Source: Fimicolochytrium jonesii (Eukaryota). Taken from it: a DNA stretch of 64,000 nt. The translations under genes and the position numbers were made by a program. Below the pieces are notes generated by a model, which was not told where the DNA came from, did not search any database, and saw only the letters and a program-made list of their open reading frames with translations. Position 1 is the first letter of the stretch. Each line of letters opens with the position of its first letter. This document shows positions 10,584 to 22,454 of the stretch, in pieces. The DNA lies in NCBI RefSeq assembly GCF_025526975.1, contig NW_026515675.1:434001-498000 (forward strand), written 5' to 3'.

Positions 10584-13500
10584 CTACTTACTCCGAGTCC
10601 ACCAGAGTAATCCCGATTTCTTCTTCTTATTCACCTTTTCAGGCATCATCGTCACAGGAGGTCGGGAATCATAGTGACTCTGTCGTCTATGCTCCGATAG
10701 AGTATGCGTTGACGATGCGGCGAGACTAGCGGTCGACGGGGACGACAACGTCTGTGCGCTGGTATTTTTGTGATGCCACATGAGCCCGTTGCCGTTGCCC
10801 GCCGATTCTGGTCGGTACTGCTGGGTCGGCGCAGCTGGAGCAGCCTCTCGCACAGGTTCCGCGCCAGCGGTCGATCTGGCAGGTTCCACTCCATTCGGAT
10901 CCCGCGATACAGACCGCCCGACTTTGGATCTCGACCGGAAAAGAGACCGGGTGAAGCGGCTTCGTCCCGACCGACCGTCGTCGCTTGGTACGCGGCTTAT
11001 TGGCTCGCCGTTGGGGTGCAGATTGTCCGCTGGAGGCAGCAATGCACCAGTGCGAGCCCCATATGACTGATCGCGGCTTTGCAGATTGTCCACGCTCTGA
11101 TGCCGCGAAATATTCGACAGATTCGAATCCGAGACATTAACGTGCGGGATGGCCAAGGTGGAAGAGAACGGCTGCAGTTCCCCGTTCGGCGGGCTGTTCG
11201 CCGGTATTCTGTACACGCTTGACGGGGCAGCGGGCAGAGGAGGCTGCCGCACAGATTCCGTGCTTCCCTTCTTTCCAAGCTCTGACTGCGTCACGCTCGA
11301 GGGTGGTCTGGGTAGTGGTTTCGGCTGCTTATTTTGGCTGTGCATCAGATCCTCGTACATCAACGTTGGCATGAAATCCGACATCTCCTTCGACGTCAGC
11401 GTGATGGGTCCGGACTTTCGGTTCCGCAGCCGTTTCGACGCCTTGAGTTCCTGCACACGCCTCTTAAAATCTGCCACTGTCTTTTCCAGTTCCATCACGC
11501 GAGACTCGGCTGCGTTGCATTGGCTTCTAGCTTTAACGACCTCGTATTCCATCTGCGCAATCTCATCCAGTTGCTTTTCGACCCGGCTTTCGAGCATGTT
11601 GACGCGGGAGTTGCGATTTGTCCCTGCGTTGTCTCCCTGCCCTTCCGCTCGGTGCTGATTCAGTTCCGCTTGCAAGTGAGCGACATGCGCATTCTGTTCC
11701 TCCAATTGCTGATCCGCAGCGGTGATGTGCACGGAAAGGATCTCTATCAAGCGCAACAGTTCCTGACGTTCGCCTTCGGAGGGGATGGCAGTCTCGCCCG
11801 TGCCGACGTTGCGGGTAGAGCTTTTGACGAGGTCAAGTACGGATTGGCTGTCTCCTTGATGCATGCCGTTCAGCTGTTGTTCTGGACGCATTGCTTCTGG
11901 AATCGTGCCCAGAGAATCGCGGCGACGCGGAGGAGTCCTTGTCAACGTGCTTCTGCTGCGTGCTTGCACTGCTGGCCGCTGCGCGGCAGCGGCGGCAGCA
12001 GTAGCGGCTTGCAATGACGTCCGCAATTCTTCTTCGGTTTTGCGGAGCTCTGCGATTGTTTCGTTGAGTTGCTTCACGACAGCCTCCACCTCTTCCTTAT
12101 TGGCTACTTCCTTCGCCAGATTCTCCTTCAGCTCTTGAACAGCCTCAGGCTTAGGCAGTGTCTCAATGGTTTTCTTCAATTCGTCAACAGCCTCTGCAGT
12201 GGGCATTGCCTCGATCGTCTTCTTCAAGTCCTCAATCTCGATCTGCATCGTGTTGCGCTCGGAAACCACCTCCGCAATTTGGGCTCTATACATCTCGATC
12301 AGACCACCCTCATCGATCGACGGGACCCTTTCCGTCTTCTGCTGGAGGGCAGATCCCTTGGCAGCTTCGACTTCCGTCTTGAGGCCGGCAATCTCGGACT
12401 TATGCGCGTCCAGCTCTTCTCCGCGTCGTCGATGTGCTTCGCGCAGTTCGGCAAGTTCCGCGAGGATCAATTCAGTGCCTCTCAGCTTTTGCTCCAAGTC
12501 CGTCGCTCTAGACTTATGCAAGTCAAGGTCAGATCCCTGTTCCCCGAGTTTGTTTTGCAGCTCTGCGAGCTCAGCTTCCTGCTTCGCTCTCAAAGCAACA
12601 AGCTCAGCCTTGTGTGCGTCCTGTTCCGCTCCGCGTTGTTCATGCGATTCTCGCAAAGCTCCCAACTCCGCGAGAAGCCCTGCCGCCTCGCTGTGTTGTT
12701 GATTCAAACCAACTGCCCGGGATTTGTGCAACTCAAGCTCGGACCTCTGCTGTTCGTGGATGATCTTAAGCTCGGCAAGTTCAGTGACGGCGCGGTCGGC
12801 AGCTTCTTGTTTTGCCCTCAACTCGACGAGTTCAGTCTTGTGTGCGTCCAACTCAGCTGCCCGTTGTTCATGCGCTTCCCTCAACTGTGCAAGCTCGGCC
12901 AGAATCCCATCCACATCGTTCTGCTTCTTCCCGAGATCGATCGCTCGGGTCTTGTGCAAATCAATTTCGTATGCCTGATCCTCAAGTCTCCGCTCGGTCT
13001 CTGCAAGCTCAGCCTTCAAAGCAAAGATCGCAGCTTTATGCGCCTCCACATCAGCTTCGCGGTCGTCGTACTTGCTCCGTAGTTCTGCTAGCTCATCGAT
13101 GGCTAGGTCCGCGTCCTTCTGCTTCTTCTCGAGTTCCACCGCGCGGGACTTGTGCAAATCAACTTCGGATGTCTGATCCTCGAGCCTCCGCTCGGTCTCT
13201 GCAAGCTCAGCCTTCACAGCTAAGATCGCAGCTTTATGCGCCTCCAACTCAGCTCCCCGGTCGGCGTACTTGCTTCGTAGTTCTGCGAGCTCAGCGACGG
13301 CCTGATCAGCGGCTTCCTGCTTGTCCCTCAGGATAGCGACCTCCGCCCTGTGCGTTTCCAAATCAACTCCGCATTCTCCATGCAATCGCTGCAACTCCGC
13401 AAGCTCAGCAACCAAAACTTCCTGCTCAGCTTTCAACCCCTCAACCTGAGCGTTACGCGCCTGCAGATCGGTCGCCGTCTGCAAAAGGACCGCCTTCATT

Positions 13501-16067
13501 TCCGCCAGGTGCGCCTCCACAGCCGCCTTCTGCGCCTCAGCCTCCTGCAACTTCTCCAAAGCCGATTGATGATGCGCCTCACTTTCGCTCAAACGCCCCA
13601 TCAACGCCGTTGCGTGATGATCACGTTCCCGGAATTCTTGATCCAGCTCTCCTAATCGCTGCTTTGTTGATTGGTGCTCCTCCCCAGCTGCCTTCACAAG
13701 AAGCAGTTCTTCACGCAAGGCGTCGAGTTCACCCTCCTTGAGTTCCAGCTGGTGACGGACATCGGCAAGCACCTTGGCAGCCTCCTCCCCGTCCGCAGTG
13801 GCATTTTCAAGCTCGATGACTCTTGCTTTGAGGTAAGCATTGTCAGCCTCCAGATGCGGGACCTGGTCAGCAACTATAACGCGGGCGGTCAGCTCGCGGT
13901 GGATGATTTGCGCTTCATCGTGTTTGCCCTTCCAGTGCGAGAGCTCCACGTCCTTTTCACGGAGTGTATTCTGCAATGCCGCACGTTCAGCTGTAAGTGC
14001 TTGGATGTCCTTGTTTGATGCCGCAAGACTCGTCTCCAATGCAGCGATACGGTCCTGCAGCACGGCCTCTTGGGCGGAAGCCAGGTCCTGAATTTCCGTT
14101 AAACGAAGCCGGGCGGCGTCGAGGTCCGTCTTGTATTTATTCGCGGCGTCTTCGACATCCCGCTCGGACTTGGCGTGCAGTTCAGCAATGTCACCTTCCA
14201 GCTGCTCGATCAAGGCCAGGGCGCGTTTCAGCTCTTCGCGCTGCTTCACTTCCGCTTCTTCCGCGCTCGATTTCGCGTCGTGCCCTTGTGCGATCGCTGC
14301 GTTGAGTTCGGCTTGGAACTTCCTTTCGAGGTCAGCGACTTGGTCTGCTGCGCGGGAAGAGTGGTCTGACAATTCGCGCTCGTTTTCGCTGAGTTTGAGC
14401 ATGAGGGTTTCAATTTCTGCCTTGTGCGTCGAGCGAGCGGCCGCGAAGAGTGCCTCGGCCTCTACAGCTCGTTGGAGTGCTGCCTCGGCGCTGGTTATAC
14501 GGTCTTGATGCGCGGTGTCTAGCGCTCTCACCCGTTCCTCGTGCTCAGCGGCCATGGCGTGGGAACGGTCGCGCTCCGCAATCGCCTCCTCCAGGCTTTT
14601 CTGAGCCCCCGCCAGTTCGGCCTTCAAAGAGTTGACGTCGGCCTCCATTTTCATGCATCGTTTGGTTAAAGTGAGGTTCTCAGTCTCCAATGCCAGTTTA
14701 TTCGCCTCGACATCTTTTGCGAACGACTGATCTGCCGCATGGCGATCACCAATCCTCCTTAAAACATCCGCAGAGGCCATATCTTCAATGTTGGCACCGA
14801 ACAGAAGCTCCAGAGCCGTGCGGGTGGAGGCCACTTCGGTCTTGTGTTGATCGCGGTCTTGCTCAGCAGCCAAAGCTCGCCCTTCAATTGCCGAAAGCGA
14901 GGAGACGTGGTGTTGAACTTGCTGGCGCAAGCTGCTGATCTCGGCGTCCTTCTGTAGTACAGCGTCCTGCAATTCTTCGGCTTTCTTTGTCCGCTCGGCA
15001 AGCTCCGACGTATGGGTAGCCTTCAGGTTGTCAATGAGACGGTCTTTCTCGGTGAGAGCAAGGTCTGCATGGGTTAGCCTGGCGTTCAAGTCCTTTAAGC
15101 TTTGCTCTTTCAATGAGATTTCCTCAGTCAACCGTTGAATCTGGTCGGCCGCACCGTCATGTAGCCCCTTCCACTCCCGATGATTCGAATGGGCATCGAT
15201 AAACCCATGATGCAGCGCTTCGACTTCCTTCTCAACCTTCTCCAGCTCATCATGCGCCTGCTTCAAAGCAGCCTGAGATCGCTTTCTCCTTTCCATCTCA
15301 GCCGCCAAAAGCTCCTTCAACTCCACCATCTCCTGTTCCTTTGCCTCCACGACCGTCCGCCCGTCCTTGCTCCGTTGCAGAAAGTCGGGCAGTCTCTGCG
15401 CGACGTCGTTCTCGTCAGCAACCTCCTCCTCAGGCGACTGCAGCTCAGCCGTTTTGAGCTCCTCTTCAAGCATTCGACTCCAACGGCGAGAGACGGACAC
15501 TGGTGGTTCGTTGAGATGGGCGGTATCAATCGTCAGCGTCGGTTTGGTCTTTTCCCCGTCGGCGCCGCTTTCGGCAGCAGCTCCCTCGCTCGTCGGGTCG
15601 CCCAGCTCCTTCTCTAAGCGGTCCAACGTCTCGGTTATGTGGCCCTGTCGCTCAAATTGCGCTTCTAAACCAGCGATATAGTCCTCAGCTCCACTATTCA
15701 AAGTTTTGAATTCTGAGAGCTCCTTGTTTAATTGCTCAATAGATGCGTCTCGGGTACGCAGGACTGCCCGCAAGGCGTCGAGCTCAGCTTGATATGCCTT
15801 GGCGGCAAGGGCGGCTTGCCAGAGGTCATGTTGCAGTTTGGCGTCGTCGGGGCCTTGTGGGGACTGTGCTGGCAACATTGCTTTCGCTTCTGCAGCGGGG
15901 GCGGCGTACCGCAAATGCTCTTCTGTCAGGTTGGGAGAACCTGGGGAACTTGAGGAAACGGAACGAATGCTGGTTCGCTTTGGCCTTGGGAGTAGTGACG
16001 GAGCTGTCAGTGCCTGCTCACTGTTGTTTGGCGACGGTGGACCCGCCGGTGCCTCGCCGGGCAGCAT
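10584..16067 (-). CDS. Giant coiled-coil protein (1827 aa) with internal tandem repeats and a disordered Pro/Ser-rich tail
   Basis: 5.5-kb uninterrupted ORF with E/L/A/K-rich heptads; additional 5' exons cannot be excluded. Confidence 0.85.
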   Translation of the reverse strand: MLPGEAPAGPPSPNNSEQALTAPSLLPRPKRTSIRSVSSSSPGSPNLTEEHLRYAAPAAEAKAMLPAQSPQGPDDAKLQHDLWQAALAAKAYQAELDALRAVLRTRDASIEQLNKELSEFKTLNSGAEDYIAGLEAQFERQGHITETLDRLEKELGDPTSEGAAAESGADGEKTKPTLTIDTAHLNEPPVSVSRRWSRMLEEELKTAELQSPEEEVADENDVAQRLPDFLQRSKDGRTVVEAKEQEMVELKELLAAEMERRKRSQAALKQAHDELEKVEKEVEALHHGFIDAHSNHREWKGLHDGAADQIQRLTEEISLKEQSLKDLNARLTHADLALTEKDRLIDNLKATHTSELAERTKKAEELQDAVLQKDAEISSLRQQVQHHVSSLSAIEGRALAAEQDRDQHKTEVASTRTALELLFGANIEDMASADVLRRIGDRHAADQSFAKDVEANKLALETENLTLTKRCMKMEADVNSLKAELAGAQKSLEEAIAERDRSHAMAAEHEERVRALDTAHQDRITSAEAALQRAVEAEALFAAARSTHKAEIETLMLKLSENERELSDHSSRAADQVADLERKFQAELNAAIAQGHDAKSSAEEAEVKQREELKRALALIEQLEGDIAELHAKSERDVEDAANKYKTDLDAARLRLTEIQDLASAQEAVLQDRIAALETSLAASNKDIQALTAERAALQNTLREKDVELSHWKGKHDEAQIIHRELTARVIVADQVPHLEADNAYLKARVIELENATADGEEAAKVLADVRHQLELKEGELDALREELLLVKAAGEEHQSTKQRLGELDQEFRERDHHATALMGRLSESEAHHQSALEKLQEAEAQKAAVEAHLAEMKAVLLQTATDLQARNAQVEGLKAEQEVLVAELAELQRLHGECGVDLETHRAEVAILRDKQEAADQAVAELAELRSKYADRGAELEAHKAAILAVKAELAETERRLEDQTSEVDLHKSRAVELEKKQKDADLAIDELAELRSKYDDREADVEAHKAAIFALKAELAETERRLEDQAYEIDLHKTRAIDLGKKQNDVDGILAELAQLREAHEQRAAELDAHKTELVELRAKQEAADRAVTELAELKIIHEQQRSELELHKSRAVGLNQQHSEAAGLLAELGALRESHEQRGAEQDAHKAELVALRAKQEAELAELQNKLGEQGSDLDLHKSRATDLEQKLRGTELILAELAELREAHRRRGEELDAHKSEIAGLKTEVEAAKGSALQQKTERVPSIDEGGLIEMYRAQIAEVVSERNTMQIEIEDLKKTIEAMPTAEAVDELKKTIETLPKPEAVQELKENLAKEVANKEEVEAVVKQLNETIAELRKTEEELRTSLQAATAAAAAAQRPAVQARSRSTLTRTPPRRRDSLGTIPEAMRPEQQLNGMHQGDSQSVLDLVKSSTRNVGTGETAIPSEGERQELLRLIEILSVHITAADQQLEEQNAHVAHLQAELNQHRAEGQGDNAGTNRNSRVNMLESRVEKQLDEIAQMEYEVVKARSQCNAAESRVMELEKTVADFKRRVQELKASKRLRNRKSGPITLTSKEMSDFMPTLMYEDLMHSQNKQPKPLPRPPSSVTQSELGKKGSTESVRQPPLPAAPSSVYRIPANSPPNGELQPFSSTLAIPHVNVSDSNLSNISRHQSVDNLQSRDQSYGARTGALLPPADNLHPNGEPISRVPSDDGRSGRSRFTRSLFRSRSKVGRSVSRDPNGVEPARSTAGAEPVREAAPAAPTQQYRPESAGNGNGLMWHHKNTSAQTLSSPSTASLAASSTHTLSEHRRQSHYDSRPPVTMMPEKVNKKKKSGLLWWTRSK
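12370..13410 (-). repeat. Coding tandem repeat array (38-aa and 28-aa modules; 198-bp duplication)
   Basis: Recurrent ELAEL...L[DE][AL]HK units; the nucleotide block CGCTCGGTCTCTGCAAGCTCAGCCTTCA recurs at a 198-bp offset (near 12991 and 13189). Confidence 0.9.
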
Positions 16068-16953
16068 CGATACTGACTATCGGCTGACGACTTGCTGGGG
16101 CTGTCGATAAGTAGGAATGGGTCAAGGAAATTGCCGGTCGGGGCCTTTTCTGCAGTCTTTCCGGTGCTTGAAGGAAGGTTTCTGCGTTCACTGCCGACTC
16201 CTTGCGAAACGATACAGAGATATCACGGACTACCGGACGCTGAAGTGGGTTATCAATCTGAGCTTGCTGTCAGCGAGTTGGTGTACGAATTGTCGCAATG
16301 GTGAGGTCAAGTTGTCAACCGTCGAGTTCAGGCTTTGTGGTGAAGCCGCAGACGAAAGTTTTTCCAAACGCCCACAAACGCACATGCGCCTGGCACTCCT
16401 GGCAGACGCAAAAGGCCCACAACCTCGCGGGCCACAAACGCGCGATGGACGGCCGGTTTCTGGCATAGCATCGCGGTATCGCTCATCGCCCATCGATGCT
16501 TTTTTGCTTAGTGCCCCTATTTTTGCGTATCGCACCGCCTGCAGCCGTTGATGAAGAGAGAAGGTATTTTCCGTCGCTGTCGCTATTGCTCGCCTCGCCG
16601 TCTTGGACTTAGCGAATGCTGTCGATGGCCGAATTGACTCATGGGAAACGTTCGAGATGGAACCGCGTTCGGGGATTACCTAAAGGGGATCCTCATCGAG
16701 AAGGCCAAGCGCTCGAGACAATATAAATTTTTCCATTGGGACAAATGGCATATCGTTGCGTTTATATACGTATGTGTGGGCGCTCTGCTTCACACAAATT
16801 TTGGCTGTCACTCACTCCTACTGCAATATGAGGAGAGGTTCGATCTTTTTAGAATCCCGCCCACACAATAAAAGGGAAGAGGAGAGAGACTTTGTAGCTC
16901 GAAAATAAGCTGATCGAAAACGTTGGAAGGGATGGAGACGGAAGTCAGAATCT

Positions 16954-18075
16954 TTACTGTTCCGCCGCGGTTGGAGATGCTGCCGTGTTGGGAGGCGTGG
17001 TTACAGGAAGGGGTTTCGCTTCACCCATCACTGCTCTTGCCATCAACGCGTCGTGAGCTTCTCGCAGGCTGGACTCCAGTGTAGCGATCCTCCGGTTGTA
17101 CTCGGCTTCGCGTGCCGCGAATATGGCTCGCTCCTTTTCCACCACGGCCAACTGCGTTGCCATCGACGCATTCACGGATTCCAAGTGAAGAACTTGATTT
17201 TCCAATGTTTGCATTTTCACCGCCTTACGCTCCCTCGAGCGACGCGCTGCCTCTGTAATGGGAATGTGCGAGCGTCGATCAGACATCTGAAAACATGACC
17301 TCTACAACCGTCATGAGATCCGCACCTGTATTGCGACGTCGTTTGACCGCCATATCGTCGTCCCCATGATGGTTGTCCCCTCCCTCATTCGATGTCGTCT
17401 CTAATCCGTTTTGAGATGGTTGTCCATTGACGCCTGTAGGATCAGACCCGGGTGTATCATATGGCTTTGAGCGTCGGCGGGTGTTATTATTCTTCCGGAC
17501 CGGTCCGGGGGTTGTATGTTGTTGATGTTGAGTGTTATCGTTGGGGACTAGCAATTGTCCGTACTGGATTGGGATAGAGGCTGGAAGTCCTCCTTCCAGC
17601 TTGTACGCAGTTTGTGGAACAGACATTGTCAGTTGATGAGGCGAGATGACGCGGGGAGGAGATCCTGCCGAAGCTATGGGCTCTGCTGCTAATTGTAGGA
17701 CATTAGCGACCATCGCTATCAGTATACATGGAAATGAAATCTCCGATAGGACTCACCCTGCGCTGGGTTTCCGCTCTGATTATTGTTTAGGTACACGCCT
17801 GCGGCATATAAGACAGAAGGTCCATCTGGAAATATGATTTCGCCGTGCGGCCCACGTTGAACTTTCAAAAATTCCGCGGTTTGTTGGGCTAGGATATGCG
17901 AGGCAGCAGCAGCGGATGTCGCTGCCTGTGATGGTGTTGGTGGGAGAGAGTCTGCAGCCGAAAGGGCGTTCGGGTCTGTCGGTGCCGAGACAAGCGTGCG
18001 CGTACCTTCCGGGACGGAGGAAGTTGGAGCCGGGTGAGCAGCGGCGGCCCCGAGCGTGGCGTGCTGGGTTTCCAT
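16954..18075 (-). CDS. GCN4/CpcA-family bZIP transcription factor (paralogue A), 3 exons
   Basis: Spliced basic region KRRRNT|EAARRSRERK followed by a leucine zipper; exons 18075-17757, 17715-17326, 17252-16954. Confidence 0.88.
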
Positions 18076-18490
18076 CGTGAATCTCGTTTGGCAGATAGAA
18101 ATGGGTGGCGGAACGGTAAACCTTTTGCGCGAGAAAGGTCCCGTGGGCAAGATGTTACGAAAGCGACTACCGAACAGGAAAAATGCACACTGCTGGACGC
18201 AAGCGTATGGGGTGAGCTTTTCGTCAGATCTTTGCTGCGCTACCACTATGCGATGGAGCGCAGTTGTGAAAAAGCACGGCACCCGTACCTAGGTCTTGAG
18301 CACACTTAACCTCTCTATCTGATTCGAAGCGGCGCGCAAAGCGAACTGTTGCGGAAGTCGTTGAAGTGCACATGCACACTGGTGGGGGTGCGCCGCTCTC
18401 TGTTGGGCGAGGTGTTCCAGATGGTGACAGCGTCCTTCGCGAGAGAGGGGGGGTCTGCTGTGCGTAGCGTTGACGTGAGAGGGTTGGGGG

Positions 18491-18521
18491 TGACTCGCTG
18501 TGACTCGGTCGGTTGTGACTC
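18491..18521. promoter_or_regulatory. Three tandem TGACTC (GCRE/AP-1 core) sites upstream of bZIP paralogue A
   Basis: TGACTC at 18491, 18501 and 18516; CACGTG at ~18575. Confidence 0.55.
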
Positions 18522-19023
18522 CCTTATCTCCTCTTCACGCTCCTCTTCGCTGCCATTTAATTCAGCTTGGTCGCCACGTGACTTGGCAATTCCACAGGCG
18601 TCATTACATCGCTCATTCAGCGAGTGCCTTACTTTTGTCGCCGCAAACCTGATACCTAATTTCTTACGTTCCACCAGTTATCCGGAAGCGACTCATATAC
18701 GCCTGCCTAGGATATCCATGTCAGCCGCAATCACTAGCGGCTAAGTGTGATTGGTTTATCTGGTGTATGTATTCCGTATGAAAACCCCCGTGCCGAAATC
18801 TTCGTCGAGAAATGTTCGGTCGGTTGTATGCGCGCTTTGGGTCCATTCGGAGATTTGTGGAAGTGCGTGGAGGATCGTGGAAGTCGTGGATCGCCGACAG
18901 CAATGGCCATACATCATTTTCTGCGGGGCAGACAATGCGTCGACACCTTCATGTTCACCCCACATTCAAGAAACTTCAGCCCAAGCGAGTGATACGGCAC
19001 AGAACTCTAAAGGTATCATTCTC

Positions 19024-22000
19024 TCATGTTACAAAATCTCTACTGTCCCTCGCTTCCCGCCCCTTCCCCACTATACTCCCCCGGAGCTCCTCTGGTAAAA
19101 TGCCTATCAGCCGCTCCATTTGCTTCTTGAGATTCGTGTACTGTGCTGGGGTGGGGACTACTCCGCCCATCACGTCGACGGGGCCGGGTGATTGTGGGGA
19201 GGGCGCCGCGGCGCATATGCTGGATGCCCAGCCGTCTGATCGTGCGGAGAGGTCGATGTGGGCTGGACCACGGCGCTTGGTGGAGACTGACGGGATGGAG
19301 TTGGATGCGGGAAGCGACGTGGTCGATGTTGTTGCTGGCATTGATGCTTCAGGACTCAATCTCTTCGTCCTCCTTGCGCCGGTCCCCTCACTACCACCAA
19401 ATTCGAGATCTTGCTCCGGAAAGTAAGGCGCGTACTTCACCACCTCATCTCGTATCCGAAGCAGCAGATCCACACATTCAACATCCCCGCCGCTCCCTCT
19501 TCGGCCACTCAGTCCACCCCTCGTTGCAGCTTTCTGCAGCTTTGACCGTGCCCACGTCTCCACGTCCTCGTTGCAAAGAACTTCCAGGTAGCGCCGCCTC
19601 CAGTCTCTAAACACATCGGAGGTGCGGTGTTGAAGCCAGGCGGCAAAGTTCGGGGAAAGGAGGAAGCTCCGGTAGAGGTCGGCGATGGGTCGCTTTGGCG
19701 TGACGGGGAGATTCGGCGCACATTGCTCGATTGCCCGCAGGAAACTCTCCTGCTTAAAAGGTCTGATTTCGGGCCGGCTGCGGATATTCGTCAAATTCAT
19801 TTGCAGTGGGTTGCCCACGATCAGCGATTCAAAGTGCCGGTTGAGCGGTTGGATAAACCGCTCGGTAAGCTCGATGAAATGCCGTCGTAGCATGTTGTTC
19901 AACAGGTGGACGGGCTTGCCCCGGATGGCAGCCTCCACCACCTCTTTCAGCAGCTTGCGGTCCTTACTCAGAAACGGTTTGTGTTTGCATGTGATGCTCT
20001 CGACGGTGGCCCCGGCACCTGCCCCCATTTGTTGTCCGCCATCACATGCGGCTGATATCGTTCGTTCTCGGCGTTTCTGGGAACTGTCGGCTTCCAGGTG
20101 GGTGGGACTTGGGGATCCTGTATTCCCGAACGGAAAGATGCTGGGTTTTTGCATCGGTGAGAAGAATGTGGGTGGTGGATGTCTTTGCATAGAACTTGAT
20201 AGCGTGCCCCGCGGTGCCCTATTGTATGGAAATGGCAAAGCCATATCCGAATTGAGATCGACGCCCCACAATGAGACAAGAACGATTATGATGCAGGTAC
20301 GTACGGACTCCCAGCGCTCGTCCCCGCTTTTCGGATATGATACGGCTTTGATGCATGAGGTGCATCTCCTTGTGGCGGATGAGAATGAGCAGCTGCTCTG
20401 ACCACGTTTGGCCAGTGTTCCAACACCTTCGTAAACACTGGATTCGTAACGCCTATGACGGTTGCTATCGTAGGTAGCTGGGAATGATGGTTGAGTACAC
20501 TGGACATACCTTAGCTTTTGACGGACGAAAAACAACATGACACCTACCCGTTGCCGATTCACGATGCTCCTGAAATCAGAATCTTGGATTGTGAAATATG
20601 GACGGAAGTCCCCGCCGAAAGGTATCTGCAGCGAGTACAATCAACACGCAAGCGGTGTGGCAGATCGGGCTTTCCATAACTTACTGGTTTGATAAGTTCC
20701 ACCAAAGCCCATGCGATGCTACTGCAAGCCCCCGGGCTCTCGGCAATGACGAGTAACGACTGCCCAATCACCATGAGCTCCCAGCTGATCCACAGCAGCT
20801 CCAAAGACCCAGAAAAGAGCTCGTAGAAGCGGCCAGGTGTGCATACAATCGGGACGTCCGAGTTTGGTGGGCTCAATGATTGATCCTGCGGCTTCAGGGA
20901 AGTTCGCTGCGTTTCAAATAACTGAGCGAAGCAGGGATTGGGTGGGAATGAGAATTGTAAGGCTTGTCCCAGGAAGGGAAGGGTGAGGTTGATGGGGATG
21001 TATGAAGTCTCCGAGTCCAAGGACGAAGGTGGAGCTGGCCTGCGGATGCATCGGATTAGCCACTGGGTGTCTTCGAACACGGTCTCCGCCAATCCTTACC
21101 ATGATGCCACGTTATAACAGGCCGTTTCCAGGATAGCCCTCGAAGCGGTGTACTTCGCAGACAGGTCCGAAGACGCGCCTGCAGTTCTATCTTCTATAAG
21201 AGCATCCATGTACACTGGTCCTAGCCGCGCAACAAGGTTCAAGAAGAGACCTGGCCACGGATGAGGCGACAGCACGACTAAGGATTTCTTGCAAGACATT
21301 GTATTGTGAATAAGATTAAAGACAACGTTGCTCACTATATCCCGGCTTCCTTCACCAACCTGGAAGTAGCCTCGCCGTATCTGGGCATCACGTTGTTGCC
21401 GGAAAAAGACATATCCATAGGTGAATCCGTCGGTATCTACAGGTAGGTTGGGGCCTACCGCCAGAGTGGAGGTGGTCGCCACCTTGTGTTGTACATATCC
21501 GCCGCTGGTCGGAGTCACCGGGTTCAAGGCCGAGGTGGCTGAAAGCGACTGCCTTCGATACAAATTGGTGGTGAAACTCTCACTTCGCATCCGAAATGAA
21601 AAGGTGTTGTCGCCCAGATGCGCCGATGAGTTTGAGTCCGGGAACGCGGAGAATGATATATTCTTCTTCTCCGCTTCTGAAAAGCCAACATGTGGGTATA
21701 CGCATTCCAATGCCTGGCCCAACTCGAGGTCGAAATTGACCAAAGCGAAGCACAGAATCCACTGCAGATATCGGCGGATGTCCAATCTCGATAATTCCTG
21801 TTCCATTGTAGACGCAATGCCGGGCGACAGCATGGATTGCTGCAGTAACAGCGGATGTGGCTTTTGTGAGGCCAACGGTGCACTATCCGTCGACGGCAGC
21901 AGGGAAACACCTTGGTTCGACCACGATGCATCCGGCTGCACTCTCCCCACGCCCGGCAGACCACTCTCACCCTGCAGAGTAGCGGGAGGCACCCCTTGTT

Positions 22001-22454
22001 GCTCTACAGCATCTTGCCTCGCGCCTTCGAGGTCCTCCGATGCTGTACTATAGGATGACGCATCATCCCGCCCACTGCCCTCATCATCATCGTTCGCCGC
22101 CTCCGCTACCTCCGTCAAACTTCTGCGCGTTCCCTCCAGCAACGCGTCGACGGGCGACTGCACCTCCTTGCCCTCCTCAACTGTCGCCGCAGTACCAAAG
22201 AAAAGTATCCGATTCTCCGCAGTGGCTATAAGTGAAGGACGATGCGACGGCATGTGCGGCGGTGTTTTTGACCGTTTCACCTGATCGGCTGCAGGAGGAG
22301 CGGCCAGCCTCGTGAGGAGGGAAGCATTGTCGTCGGTGATGTCGCATGGTGCCGAGTCCGTGCGAACCATCGTACGGCGTCTTCCAAGGGTGGGTCGCAC
22401 TGGTTCACCAACCAACCTGACGCTTTCCATTCCGTCGGCGTCGGGGAACCCCAT
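19024..22454 (-). CDS. DENND6: DENND6-like DENN-domain protein (Rab GEF), multi-exon
   Basis: FALVNFDLELGQALECVYP, AFPDSNS, YGYVFFRQ..D..IRRGYFQ|KSLVV, GDFRPYFTIQD, IGVTNPVF, LRRHFIELTERFIQPL. Confidence 0.9.

Noticed and set aside
11149..16110. Many plus-strand ORFs of up to 337 aa opposite the coiled-coil gene
   Set aside because: Antisense shadows of a biased coding strand
16230..16535. 101-aa ORF as a separate gene or 5' exon of the coiled-coil gene
   Set aside because: No motif and no confidently placed splice path; could be UTR
19968..20640. N-terminal part of the 538-aa ORF as continuous coding sequence
   Set aside because: Reads through DENND6 introns; the conserved motifs switch frames at GT-AG sites
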